Sequence record: MN850603.1
Direction: 5' to 3' (one strand)
DNA: 64,000 nucleotides
Origin: Escherichia phage pinkbiff
This document shows positions 45,161 through 53,460 of the stretch, piece by piece; position 1 is the first letter of the stretch; each line of letters begins with the position of its first letter. The position numbers and the translations under genes are program-made. Under the pieces are notes generated by a model, which saw only the letters and a list, made by a program, of their open reading frames with translations, searched no databases and was not told the DNA's origin.

Positions 45161-45298
45161 GATTGCAAGCAATTTTTTAAGCTTATCTATAAAGAACCTT
45201 TTAAGTGAATCCCTTTTAGAATAAACCCCCTCGAACAACATTACCAATGTCAATAGGTATTGTCAACACTTTTTTAAAAGTTTTTTATAAGTTATTGA

Positions 45299-45640
45299 TT
45301 AACTGATGGATATTTTTTCAGGTTTTACATAGTTGGCACGTTGGATTTTTAGCAGGTCATCCCAGATTAGTGCGGCAATATGAGCATAACCGGATTCACG
45401 TAGAAGCTTCATTGCTTTACTTCTCGTTTCAAATCGGTTTGCATAGTACTCACTATTCAGAGTTGTTTTCTTCCCTTCATTGTCTACATGAATAATCTGC
45501 ATTACTTTGAAGGGGCTTACATCCTCGCCTTTATTCCATTGCTCAAAGTATTTTAGGCACTGCATAGGTGTCATCTTATCACTTACTTGAGTTGACCAAG
45601 ATGAATCCGGTTTATTGGTAATTACAGTTACGTGAGCCAT
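45299..45640 (-). CDS. hypothetical protein (cassette-array gene)
   Basis: start reassigned from 45706 to ATG at 45640 (MAHVTVIT) immediately after conserved SD. Confidence 0.5.
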   Translation of the reverse strand: MAHVTVITNKPDSSWSTQVSDKMTPMQCLKYFEQWNKGEDVSPFKVMQIIHVDNEGKKTTLNSEYYANRFETRSKAMKLLRESGYAHIAALIWDDLLKIQRANYVKPEKISIS

Positions 45641-45725
45641 TTTTGAATCTCCTAGTTTAAGGGTTTTATTTAGTGGGGAGGTCATTCCCTCCCCGTTGAT
45701 TGACAATTTACAGACTTTTATCAGG
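45641..45725 (-). repeat. intergenic cassette, variant A
   Basis: CATTTTTGAATCTCCTAGTTTAAGGGTTTTATTTAGTGGGGAGGTCATTCCCTCCCCGTTGATTGACAATTTACAG on plus strand. Confidence 0.65.
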
Positions 45726-45730
45726 CTTGT

Positions 45731-45964
45731 CTAGTCTTTTTCAATGATAATTTCATATTGACCATCAACACTATCAAAATAAATGCCGTCGTCGTCTTCT
45801 GTCTTAAAGTAGCATTGAATATCATCACTTGCGGGGTAGTCTTGCCTTGCTATCTGGCAAACTTGAATAGCATTTTCTTTACTTCCTGTAAACTCCTCAA
45901 GCCCTTTAAAATCGCATGAATGACCATTACAGATGGAAAGGATGAGATAAATGGTTGTAAGCAT
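45731..45964 (-). CDS. hypothetical small secreted/membrane protein
   Basis: 77 aa; N-terminal hydrophobic MLTTIYLILSICNG; no cassette directly upstream. Confidence 0.4.
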   Translation of the reverse strand: MLTTIYLILSICNGHSCDFKGLEEFTGSKENAIQVCQIARQDYPASDDIQCYFKTEDDDGIYFDSVDGQYEIIIEKD

Positions 45965-46029
45965 GACTTAAGCCCTCTAAAAGCCCCTACAAGGGGCTAA
46001 TTAGTGTTTATAAGGTGATTATATAGGTT

Positions 46030-46572
46030 TTAGAAAAAGCTCTTTAAATCTCTCTCTGTGATGTTTCCTGTCAGTGTGTCCATGATGTCACAAAAAACCT
46101 GAATACTGTCCGACTGTTGAACGCTTTTAGCAAGAAGTTCCAGAGACTCATCAAGATAGTTTAAATTTGGGTTATCCAGTGAAGGAAGACAAAAAGGCGA
46201 AAACATCGCATTAAACTCGGTTACGTAAACCTTTTTAATCCAACTTGCATCAAAGTACTCTGTAAAACTTGCCACGCCAGACATATTATCACAAGAATAA
46301 TCATCATTCAGCTCATCCTCTGGAATATCAAGTTCCAAGATAACAATATTTTGAGTTTTCATCTGGAAAGCTGCGGTGATAGCGGCATTGCCTAATGCTT
46401 GCTGGATACCTTCAGATGCTATCTCTTCCGCATCGTCGCCATAGATTTTATTTTCTGGATATACGTAAAAATTCCCATCCATATCCGAACAATTCCATGC
46501 GCCTGATGGTTTATCGCCGTTATTAATCAGGTTGAGGAAGTTTTCTTGAGTAGTACCGTGAAAGCATTTCAT
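46030..46572 (-). CDS. hypothetical acidic protein (cassette-array gene)
   Basis: 180 aa; ATG follows variant-B cassette. Confidence 0.5.
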   Translation of the reverse strand: MKCFHGTTQENFLNLINNGDKPSGAWNCSDMDGNFYVYPENKIYGDDAEEIASEGIQQALGNAAITAAFQMKTQNIVILELDIPEDELNDDYSCDNMSGVASFTEYFDASWIKKVYVTEFNAMFSPFCLPSLDNPNLNYLDESLELLAKSVQQSDSIQVFCDIMDTLTGNITERDLKSFF

Positions 46573-46655
46573 TTTTGAATCTCCTAGTTTAAGGATTGAG
46601 TGGTAAAGCTCTTTATCTGGGGCTTAAGATATCAACTTTTAAGCCCCCTGTAAAG
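46573..46655 (-). repeat. intergenic cassette, variant B
   Basis: same SD/leader but hairpin GGGGCTTAAGATATCAACTTTTAAGCCCC and CTGTAAAGTACTTTAT. Confidence 0.6.
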
Positions 46656-46659
46656 TACT

Positions 46660-46863
46660 TTATCGGTTATTTTTGACAACTTTTAAAACAGCACGGTAAC
46701 CTAAGCAATAGGAATCACCGAAGAGCGACCGACCCATGAAGGAGTCCTCTGTAATATCTTTCGCCGTGACGGTTTTTTCTACGCCGTGAAAAAGAACTAC
46801 ATCCCCGGCTTTAATGTCTTTGATGTGTGTGGTTTCAATGGTTAAGCCGTTAATAATAGCCAT
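46660..46863 (-). CDS. hypothetical small protein (cassette-array gene)
   Basis: start reassigned to ATG at 46863 (MAIINGLTIE). Confidence 0.45.
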   Translation of the reverse strand: MAIINGLTIETTHIKDIKAGDVVLFHGVEKTVTAKDITEDSFMGRSLFGDSYCLGYRAVLKVVKNNR

Positions 46864-46945
46864 TTTTGAATCTCCTAGTTTAAGGGTTTTATTTAGTGGG
46901 GGGCTGGTCATTCCCTCCCCGTTGATGTGTAACTTAATATATATA
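46864..46945 (-). repeat. intergenic cassette, variant A
   Basis: conserved leader plus GGGGGGCTGGTCATTCCCTCCCC hairpin. Confidence 0.6.
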
Positions 46946-46970
46946 TAAAAACCAGTGTCAACAAAAATTT

Positions 46971-47375
46971 TTAAAGTTCTGCATAAATTGCATCACAGAT
47001 ATTACGGAAGTCGTGATTTGACAAATTACGCTGCAACCAAGTGGCGAAAAAGTCAGCGATTGCATAATTAGCATCATACTCGACGGATAGCCATACTTTT
47101 ACGGCGAATCTGAACATTTTTAAATCAAGCTCTTTATTCATTACCTTAGATTTGCCCAACATGTCAGCCATTTCATATTGCGCACCGTCTAGCGTGATAC
47201 CTGCTGCAACGTCAGTTAATGAGTTTTTCACGTTTTCAACGTCTAAGATAACACTTTGAATCTTCCCAATAATGTTGTGCAATGTTTCATCAGGTGCTGA
47301 TGATGTCAGAACATTAATCCGGTTAACTGTCAAACGTGCTTTTAAGATTGATAACTCACGGTTATTAATAGCCAT
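46971..47375 (-). CDS. hypothetical protein (cassette-array gene)
   Basis: 134 aa; ATG follows variant-B cassette. Confidence 0.5.
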   Translation of the reverse strand: MAINNRELSILKARLTVNRINVLTSSAPDETLHNIIGKIQSVILDVENVKNSLTDVAAGITLDGAQYEMADMLGKSKVMNKELDLKMFRFAVKVWLSVEYDANYAIADFFATWLQRNLSNHDFRNICDAIYAEL

Positions 47376-47460
47376 TTTTGAATCTCCAATTTAGGATTTA
47401 GTGGTAAAGCTCTTTATCTGGGGCTTACTTTATCGAACTATAAGCCCCCTGTAAAGTACT
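47376..47460 (-). repeat. intergenic cassette, variant B
   Basis: GGGGCTTACTTTATCGAACTATAAGCCCC hairpin plus CTGTAAAGTACTTT. Confidence 0.6.
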
Positions 47461-47462
47461 TT

Positions 47463-47735
47463 TTATACTAAATGCAGTTTTTTACCTTTTACTATGATGT
47501 AACTTGATGCGCTATTACTTTGCACATCTTGATAAATTCTACGCAAACGGCCTTTATAGTATACTTTCCAACTGGTTGGAATCTTTTTCCCGTATCCTGT
47601 AGCAGTTTTTTGCAGTCCTGCAAGTTGCCAATCTAAGATATGTTGTTCGGCTTGTAAATCCTCGAAGTGCATTACACCGTTCACATAGTGACGAAGGGTT
47701 ACGTTTAAGGTGCGACCGTTGTTAGTAGTATACAT
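47463..47735 (-). CDS. hypothetical small protein (cassette-array gene)
   Basis: 90 aa; ATG follows variant-A cassette. Confidence 0.5.
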   Translation of the reverse strand: MYTTNNGRTLNVTLRHYVNGVMHFEDLQAEQHILDWQLAGLQKTATGYGKKIPTSWKVYYKGRLRRIYQDVQSNSASSYIIVKGKKLHLV

Positions 47736-47805
47736 TTTGAATCTCCTAGTTTAAGGACTTTGTTTAGTGGGGAGGTCATTACCTCCCGTTGATTAGTAAT
47801 TTACT
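47736..47805 (-). repeat. intergenic cassette, variant A
   Basis: conserved leader plus GGGGAGGTCATTACCTCCC hairpin. Confidence 0.6.
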
Positions 47806-47809
47806 TGTT

Positions 47810-48154
47810 TTAAAAACCAAAATCAAGAGAAATTTTTCGTTTGCTCAATTCTTGAACAATTACAGTGTAATAGTCTTTCAAATCACTGACATTTAAAGCA
47901 TTTATCAGAGAATTATAATCATCAACTAACTGAAAATTATCTTTGAAGATGTCACTTATCTGATAGGTTTTCGCTTTATATCTGAAGCTCATCTCTAGCC
48001 GCTTTATTTGCTCATCACTGAGGCGCCCTAGAAAGCTTTCTACAAGGCTATTACTAACCTGCTGTGTGATTGCCTTATTTGCTAGATTATAGGCTTTATA
48101 TGCCTTATATAGCGCGAAAATGGCAATGATTGCAGTGATACCAGTCATTAACAT
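47810..48154 (-). CDS. hypothetical membrane protein
   Basis: 114 aa; N-terminal hydrophobic MLMTGITAIIAIFALY; no cassette directly upstream. Confidence 0.45.
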   Translation of the reverse strand: MLMTGITAIIAIFALYKAYKAYNLANKAITQQVSNSLVESFLGRLSDEQIKRLEMSFRYKAKTYQISDIFKDNFQLVDDYNSLINALNVSDLKDYYTVIVQELSKRKISLDFGF

Positions 48155-48227
48155 GGTGTTTCCTCTTTACGTGATACTTTGCCATTTACAGTTATCTCAT
48201 AGGATTCTAATAAATCGCTTTTAGACT

Positions 48228-48443
48228 TTACAGGACTTTTAAAAGTATCATCATAGATATTAACTTGCAATACAGGTTTTTATACTCCCTGCAACTGTTC
48301 CATAAGCAAATCACTACACGACGGCCTTTTATTTTGCCGTGTAACCATTCCATAACATCATGATTATTCCTTGATGTTTCAATGAAATCAATTTTGTTGA
48401 GTAATTTGCTTAGATTTTCACGCACTTGATTTGATAATTTCAT
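48228..48443 (-). CDS. hypothetical small protein (cassette-array gene)
   Basis: 71 aa; ATG follows variant-B cassette. Confidence 0.45.
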   Translation of the reverse strand: MKLSNQVRENLSKLLNKIDFIETSRNNHDVMEWLHGKIKGRRVVICLWNSCREYKNLYCKLISMMILLKVL

Positions 48444-48535
48444 TTTAGAATCTCCTAGTTTAAGGGCTTTATTTGATAAATCTCTTTATCTGGGGCTATC
48501 CTACCAGCTTGATAACCCCGTGTAAAGAAATCTAT
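48444..48535 (-). repeat. intergenic cassette, variant B (divergent)
   Basis: conserved SD/leader plus GGGGCTATCCTACCAGCTTGATAACCCC hairpin. Confidence 0.55.
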
Positions 48536-49048
48536 TTAGTTCTTAAAGATATTCATCACTGAATCTTTTAGTGATTCCAAACGTTCTAATACTTCAGATT
48601 CTGCGTCTGAATTGTTCACCTCTTCTTTTAGTCTATCCTCTAAATCAACGCCGTCGCTATAGCACCAATCGAAAGCGTAACCAATAAAAAAGCTGTCTAA
48701 AACCGTTTTACCGTTTTCATCTACAACTTTTGCGGCTAGAAGGTATTCTGAAGCCTCTAAATCCCTTTCTAGTTCTCTTTGTAAGCTGATATAAGCCTCT
48801 TTTGAAGGGTTTTCCCGGCCTTGTTTTGCATAGTCGCTTGAAAGCTGTTTAAGGCTGTAATGTAAAGGGATTGCATATTTAAAAGCACCATAACGATAGT
48901 TGGGGTTTTTAATAGTCACACCGCCTTTATGGTCATCTGTAAACTTCCAATAATCAAGATTATAGCTTGATTCGTAGCAATTTACCGCTTCGTAGATGAT
49001 GGAAAATTTTTCTTTTACAACTTCAAAGGTAGCGTCTACAGTTTTCAT
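48536..49048 (-). CDS. hypothetical protein (cassette-array gene)
   Basis: 170 aa; ATG follows variant-B cassette. Confidence 0.5.
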   Translation of the reverse strand: MKTVDATFEVVKEKFSIIYEAVNCYESSYNLDYWKFTDDHKGGVTIKNPNYRYGAFKYAIPLHYSLKQLSSDYAKQGRENPSKEAYISLQRELERDLEASEYLLAAKVVDENGKTVLDSFFIGYAFDWCYSDGVDLEDRLKEEVNNSDAESEVLERLESLKDSVMNIFKN

Positions 49049-49130
49049 TTTTGAATCTCCAGTTTAGGATTAAGTGGTAAAGCTCTTTATCTGGGGCTTA
49101 AGATATCAACTTTTAAGCCCCCTGTAAAGT
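49049..49130 (-). repeat. intergenic cassette, variant B
   Basis: near-identical to copy at 46573-46655. Confidence 0.6.
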
Positions 49131-49133
49131 ACT

Positions 49134-49427
49134 TTATTTGTTAATTTTCAGCTTTGCATAACCTCTCATTGTACGAATGGGGGATGTTAATGCTACGCGT
49201 CTAATGTATGCCTTTTTCGTGTATACATTTGTCTTCCCGATAGTGTTTACACATGTAAAAAGGTTTATCGGTGAATTTTTTAACTTCAAATGTTTATCAA
49301 CCTTTACGCCCCATCTTACAGCGGATTGTTTTCCGTTGTCAACCACTTTCCCGCCTAACTTTTTCGCCATGATGCGAGCGTCATCACGAGTTTTTGCAGG
49401 AATTACAACGTTTTTGATAATAGCCAT
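49134..49427 (-). CDS. hypothetical basic protein (first gene of cassette array)
   Basis: 97 aa; ATG follows variant-A cassette. Confidence 0.5.
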   Translation of the reverse strand: MAIIKNVVIPAKTRDDARIMAKKLGGKVVDNGKQSAVRWGVKVDKHLKLKNSPINLFTCVNTIGKTNVYTKKAYIRRVALTSPIRTMRGYAKLKINK

Positions 49428-49500
49428 TTTTGAATCTCCTAGTTTAAGGGTTTTTATTTAGTGGGGAAGTCATTTCCTCCCCGTTGATGCAAATACTAGA
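49428..49500 (-). repeat. intergenic cassette, variant A
   Basis: conserved leader plus GGGGAAGTCATTTCCTCCCC hairpin. Confidence 0.6.
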
Positions 49501-49683
49501 TAACCCCGTTCGAATAGTCAAGAAAAATTTTAAAAATATTTTTGGCAAAATTGTAATGAAACGGGTGCGCGCGACTACCACAAAACAGAGCTACAATCAA
49601 GAATTATTTTTCAATCCGCTACAAATTTTTCTGTTGACTTTTCTTTTCGGATGTGGTAGCCTTGTGAGAAATGGCGACATCCC

Positions 49684-49880
49684 TACCTGCACCCACCTAC
49701 CTGCACAATTCTAAAATGATTTTTCTTGCCCGACCTGATTTTTCTCTGCACGTTTTGAAAATGAAAAAGCTCTTTGGAGATTACCTGCACAGTTTGAAAA
49801 TGAATTTTCTCTTTGGAGTTCAAAATTCTCTCTACAGATTTCTCTATAGAAATATACCTGCACAATTCTGAAATGAAAAA
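49684..49880. repeat. direct repeats (CCTGCACA-N-TT-N-TGAAAATGA, at least 4 copies) upstream of cassette array
   Basis: copies near 49699, 49746, 49783 and 49855, plus tandem CCTACCTGCAC x2 at 49684-49706 and CTCTTTGGAG x2. Confidence 0.55.
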
Positions 49881-49949
49881 GCCCTCCTTACCTGAAAAAT
49901 TTACCAGATAAGAAAGGCTTAGTCTATTGTGAGTATTTTACAGAGTTTC

Positions 49950-50735
49950 TTAGTTCTTTGCGTCTAAGAAGGTAAGCTCTGGTGAAGAGAAGATTAACTC
50001 GATATCCTCATCAGTTCTCGCATAGATATAAGTATCTGCATCACTGCCAAATGTTACTGCAATCCTGTGATTGCTCTTCGACAGGTGGGTAACTAGAGCG
50101 TTACTTAGAGACATCTTTTCAACCGGAGGGTTACTTTGATGTATCTTACCTTTTCTTCGTCTGAAAAGGGTAACTGCATTATCCGTGAACACTGCTACAC
50201 CTGCAAAGTATTCTGGTTCACAGTAGTTCTTCCAACCTGAGAGTAACTTGTGGTACATCTCTCCTTCATAGACATACAGATAAACATCTACACTCTTCAT
50301 GACCTGATTGATGATAACTGTGACAGCTTGAGGGTCGAGTCCACCGATACCTGCACCAATCATAGGTAGACCGACTTTCTTCAACTGGTTAACTTCACAG
50401 TATCTGTTAAGCTGTTTCAAAGATGACTCTAAAGCACTGTATCGTGCATCTTTACCAGTCTTAAGCTGAGTGTAAAGGTTAGCTATACGGCCTTGTTTTA
50501 AACGTGCTACAGAGGAATTACCCAGTAAATTTTCACAGGGTTTGTGTCCTATACCACCTGCATATAGATAAACTTCTGTATCGGTCTCATATGCTTTTGG
50601 GTAAAGTTTAGAAATCTTGTCAGCGATACCTGCACCCATTAAATTCATACAGTTGCAACCGTGACCGATGATGTCAAACTTACCTTTATCAAATGCGGAA
50701 AAGATATCACCGTTGATAATTTTTACAATACCCAT
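49950..50735 (-). CDS. macro-domain protein (TARG1/OARD1/DarG-like ADP-ribose hydrolase fold) with unknown C-terminal domain
   Basis: 261 aa; N-terminal GDIFSAFDKGKFDIIGHGCNCMNLMGAGIADKISKLYP matches the GDLF..HC....MGAGIA signature of TARG1/DarG-type macrodomains. Confidence 0.55.
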   Translation of the reverse strand: MGIVKIINGDIFSAFDKGKFDIIGHGCNCMNLMGAGIADKISKLYPKAYETDTEVYLYAGGIGHKPCENLLGNSSVARLKQGRIANLYTQLKTGKDARYSALESSLKQLNRYCEVNQLKKVGLPMIGAGIGGLDPQAVTVIINQVMKSVDVYLYVYEGEMYHKLLSGWKNYCEPEYFAGVAVFTDNAVTLFRRRKGKIHQSNPPVEKMSLSNALVTHLSKSNHRIAVTFGSDADTYIYARTDEDIELIFSSPELTFLDAKN

Positions 50736-50736
50736 A

Positions 50737-50937
50737 CTAATAATGCTCCCAACGTTGCATGTCTTCGGATGGTTTTACACGGTTACCCTCATGGTCTACA
50801 TAACCTGCACCACAACCTTCACAGATAACTGGCATAGCTGAACCAGCTTCAAACTCTTCTTTGGTGAAGAGACCTTTCAAGTCCCCTGTATCAACACCAA
50901 AATGTTCTATTGCACACTTCTTGCAGAAATCAGCCAT
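50737..50937 (-). CDS. small zinc-ribbon protein
   Basis: ORF opens at 51027; ATG at 50937 (MADFCKKCAIEHFG) has AAGAGG RBS; CKKC ... CEGC pairs. Confidence 0.45.
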   Translation of the reverse strand: MADFCKKCAIEHFGVDTGDLKGLFTKEEFEAGSAMPVICEGCGAGYVDHEGNRVKPSEDMQRWEHY

Positions 50938-51157
50938 GAATAATTGCCTCTTGAATGATGATACCTTTACCACAACGGCTTTTAAAGTCTTCCAATGGTT
51001 GGGAGATGAAGCCACGCAAGCAATCACTAAATACTAAGTTTTTCCTGTAGGCTATCACATCGTTTGCTGTAAACGGGATGACTTCATTTCTTCCAATGAA
51101 TACTGCTGACCGGATGAGTTTCCGTGTCTTTTTATCTCTGGCTAGAATTACTCTCAT
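50930..51157 (-). CDS. hypothetical small protein
   Basis: 75 aa; overlapping arrangement with neighbours. Confidence 0.35.
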   Translation of the reverse strand: MRVILARDKKTRKLIRSAVFIGRNEVIPFTANDVIAYRKNLVFSDCLRGFISQPLEDFKSRCGKGIIIQEAIIHG

Positions 51158-51458
51158 AATTTACCTTCTCAGTTAGCTCATATAAATCAACATGCTCAAT
51201 ACTATCAATGTTGATATCAATCTTTTTGAAGCGTTCTATCACTTCGTTGTCAGTCATCCATATCAGACACCAATGATTCTGAATGGATTCTTCAAGAAGG
51301 TCAACACAATCTTTAAAAGTTTTTGTATCACTTCTTGTGCCTACTACTGCGATTGTTCCATATAGCCACTTACCATTGCCATAAGTTACTTGTGCTACGC
51401 CAACTTCTTTATCTTTCTCGTAGTAAACGGCTACAAAGTCTCTTCCATTAATCTGCAT
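51132..51458 (-). CDS. hypothetical protein
   Basis: 108 aa; ORF track. Confidence 0.45.
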   Translation of the reverse strand: MQINGRDFVAVYYEKDKEVGVAQVTYGNGKWLYGTIAVVGTRSDTKTFKDCVDLLEESIQNHWCLIWMTDNEVIERFKKIDINIDSIEHVDLYELTEKVNYESNSSQR

Positions 51459-51460
51459 AG

Positions 51461-51730
51461 TTACTTCCTCGTTTTGAGAACTGCTAAGATTTCTTTAGAG
51501 TCTGGTAAGAACCATGTGTAGTGATTCTCTTTGATTTCTGGATGAGTGTCAACCTTTATTTTGCAGTCTTTACCGACATGCTTAAGCTGTGCTGTGACAC
51601 CTTGCATAAAGATATGACACATCACATTATCCATAATGGTTGGTATGAAGTCAATTCGCATATAAGTTTCTTTTGGTCGTGGTAACAGTAAGTAACCTTC
51701 TACATAGAAAGTATCTTCATTCTCTGTCAT
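51461..51730 (-). CDS. hypothetical protein
   Basis: 89 aa; ORF track. Confidence 0.45.
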   Translation of the reverse strand: MTENEDTFYVEGYLLLPRPKETYMRIDFIPTIMDNVMCHIFMQGVTAQLKHVGKDCKIKVDTHPEIKENHYTWFLPDSKEILAVLKTRK

Positions 51731-51996
51731 TGCTGCTTATTCCCTAATAAAATCATGTCAATAAGGTTGTTAGCTTTGATTGTGCACTGGTAAAAGCCGT
51801 CACGATAGAACTCAAGGGCTGCTGCTACATCACTGCCTGTGTTGCCTTTGATGATATACCGTGATTCTTCTTGAGTGTACTTATCACTCTCACTTACTTG
51901 GGAGTTTTTGAATGTACTGCTCACTTTGTTCGTTGAACACCCTGACATAGTTATCAGTAACACAAACATTATAAAACTCTGGCTTAGTTTTTTCAT
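51727..51996 (-). CDS. lipoprotein (o-spanin candidate)
   Basis: 89 aa; signal peptide ending in lipobox-like ITMSGC; gene begins inside 51890..52237 in another frame. Confidence 0.4.
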   Translation of the reverse strand: MKKLSQSFIMFVLLITMSGCSTNKVSSTFKNSQVSESDKYTQEESRYIIKGNTGSDVAAALEFYRDGFYQCTIKANNLIDMILLGNKQQ

Positions 51997-52237
51997 ATGT
52001 TAGTACCTCTTTTGTATGCTTATTCTTAGCAAGCACATCCTTCAAATCATTTTTGTAATTGGTGCTCAATGTTACTAATCCTTCCTGATAAGCATCTTTA
52101 GCAACACTTATGAGCTTTTGATTGTTTAGCTCAGTTTCAGCAACTTGATAGTCTCTGTAAGAGTATCCTCCCCAGACACCTGCCCCAACTAAGAAAACAA
52201 TTATGAAAGTAGCTTGACAGAACTCTTTAAATGTCAT
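51890..52237 (-). CDS. membrane protein with N-terminal TM segment (i-spanin candidate)
   Basis: 115 aa; N-terminal FIIVFLVGAGVWGGYSY then charged/helical periplasmic-type domain; overlapped by lipoprotein gene. Confidence 0.4.
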   Translation of the reverse strand: MTFKEFCQATFIIVFLVGAGVWGGYSYRDYQVAETELNNQKLISVAKDAYQEGLVTLSTNYKNDLKDVLAKNKHTKEVLTYEKTKPEFYNVCVTDNYVRVFNEQSEQYIQKLPSK

Positions 52238-52253
52238 TTAACAATCTCCTGAA

Positions 52254-52278
52254 ATGAAAAAGGCTCCCGAAGGAGCCT
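52254..52278 (-). terminator. rho-independent terminator
   Basis: minus-strand hairpin GGCTCCttcgGGAGCC followed by U5. Confidence 0.55.
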
Positions 52279-52289
52279 GTATCTTAACC

Positions 52290-52754
52290 TTAACCGAGGA
52301 CTTTAGCAAGGACATTTGCAGCCATCGAAGAAGCTTTTGCAGCAGCAGCTACCCCAGCTTTGATAGCGTTATCCTTGATAGCAGATACCGTTGCAGCATC
52401 AGTAAAGAGATAAGTAGTTGTTTTAGAACCACTTGTAAAGGAAAGCATGAGAGCAGTTTCCAGATTGAAAGAGCGATACGGAGCACCTTCTTTAACGATA
52501 CCTTCAGCACCTAACTCTGAGGCCATACCCATATCATAGATAGTCATCAGGTTTTCTTTGTGTGCTGTCGTTGAGCCAGAACCTTTTACGTGTTTCTTAA
52601 CATTCAAAAGAGCACGATACTCCCGGATGTTACCGTCTGCTTTTACATTGACAGCACGGAAGATTTTACCCTCAAAGTTGCTCTTGATAATGTTACGAAC
52701 TACTTCAGATTTGTTTGCTGTAACGTCCAGTGCTACCGTGATAATGTTGTTCAT
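52290..52754 (-). CDS. hypothetical protein
   Basis: 154 aa; ORF track; Ala-rich C-terminus. Confidence 0.45.
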   Translation of the reverse strand: MNNIITVALDVTANKSEVVRNIIKSNFEGKIFRAVNVKADGNIREYRALLNVKKHVKGSGSTTAHKENLMTIYDMGMASELGAEGIVKEGAPYRSFNLETALMLSFTSGSKTTTYLFTDAATVSAIKDNAIKAGVAAAAKASSMAANVLAKVLG

Positions 52755-52764
52755 AAGTTTTCTC

Positions 52765-53460
52765 TCAATGTTTAACTAACATGGTTTTGATGTGTGGAAG
52801 GATTCTATTCACTTTCTGCACATTCTTCTCTGTATCTTCTATAAAACATACTATATTAAAGTAAGGCAGAATGCAAGACTGAATCATCCTCACTTTCAAA
52901 CTTTCTGCACTTATAGAGTTAGTTCCAAAACCACGCATAAAAAGCATATAATCATGCTCTGTGTTATGCCTTAAAAACATCTCAGTAGGTATTCTCTGAG
53001 ATTCGCCTCTCGCTGTCAAGAGTCCAACGGCAGCATGATTAGCAATTGCATCAATGATATTGAAAACATACGTTGGTTTTGCTCTTACAGAGTCAAGAAG
53101 ATTAGTGTACTGTGAAAATGAACCATCAGTCAATTCCGTTGAACAATCTTCGTGATTAAAATTTGTAAGAACTCCATCAATATCTGCTAAGATAAGATTA
53201 CCTTTCTCTACAAGGTCTTTGTTGACTATGACTAAACTATCACGTTTTACACCTATGGATTGTCCAGTCTCTTTGTCCACAACGTTCACAATTGGTTCTG
53301 ATGTGTGGAACTCTTCAAGTGAACATACAACTTCTCTTGCGGTGTCTTCAAAATCCCTGCACTGTTCTGGAGTCCATACACAGGAATCAAGACCTAACTC
53401 ATGAGGGTGTAAGTCATAAGCATGGCACAATACTTCATCAAACTTTCTTAATTTTTTCAT
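52765..53460 (-). CDS. HAD-superfamily hydrolase-like protein (putative nucleotidase/phosphatase)
   Basis: 231 aa; motif-I-like LADIDGVLT (DxDGV). Confidence 0.45.
   Translation of the reverse strand: MKKLRKFDEVLCHAYDLHPHELGLDSCVWTPEQCRDFEDTAREVVCSLEEFHTSEPIVNVVDKETGQSIGVKRDSLVIVNKDLVEKGNLILADIDGVLTNFNHEDCSTELTDGSFSQYTNLLDSVRAKPTYVFNIIDAIANHAAVGLLTARGESQRIPTEMFLRHNTEHDYMLFMRGFGTNSISAESLKVRMIQSCILPYFNIVCFIEDTEKNVQKVNRILPHIKTMLVKH

Noticed and set aside
44547-46911. ORF-track N-terminal extensions beginning MTSPLNKTLKLGDSKM (44547..45122, 45299..45706, 46660..46911)
   Set aside because: The shared N-terminal peptide is a translation of the repeated intergenic cassette; the true start is the ATG just after the conserved Shine-Dalgarno.
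49484-49871. ORFs 49484..49714 (+), 49671..49871 (+) and 49683..49865 (-)
   Set aside because: They lie in the direct-repeat control region, are repeat-derived, and are on the opposite strand to or overlap the regulatory repeats.
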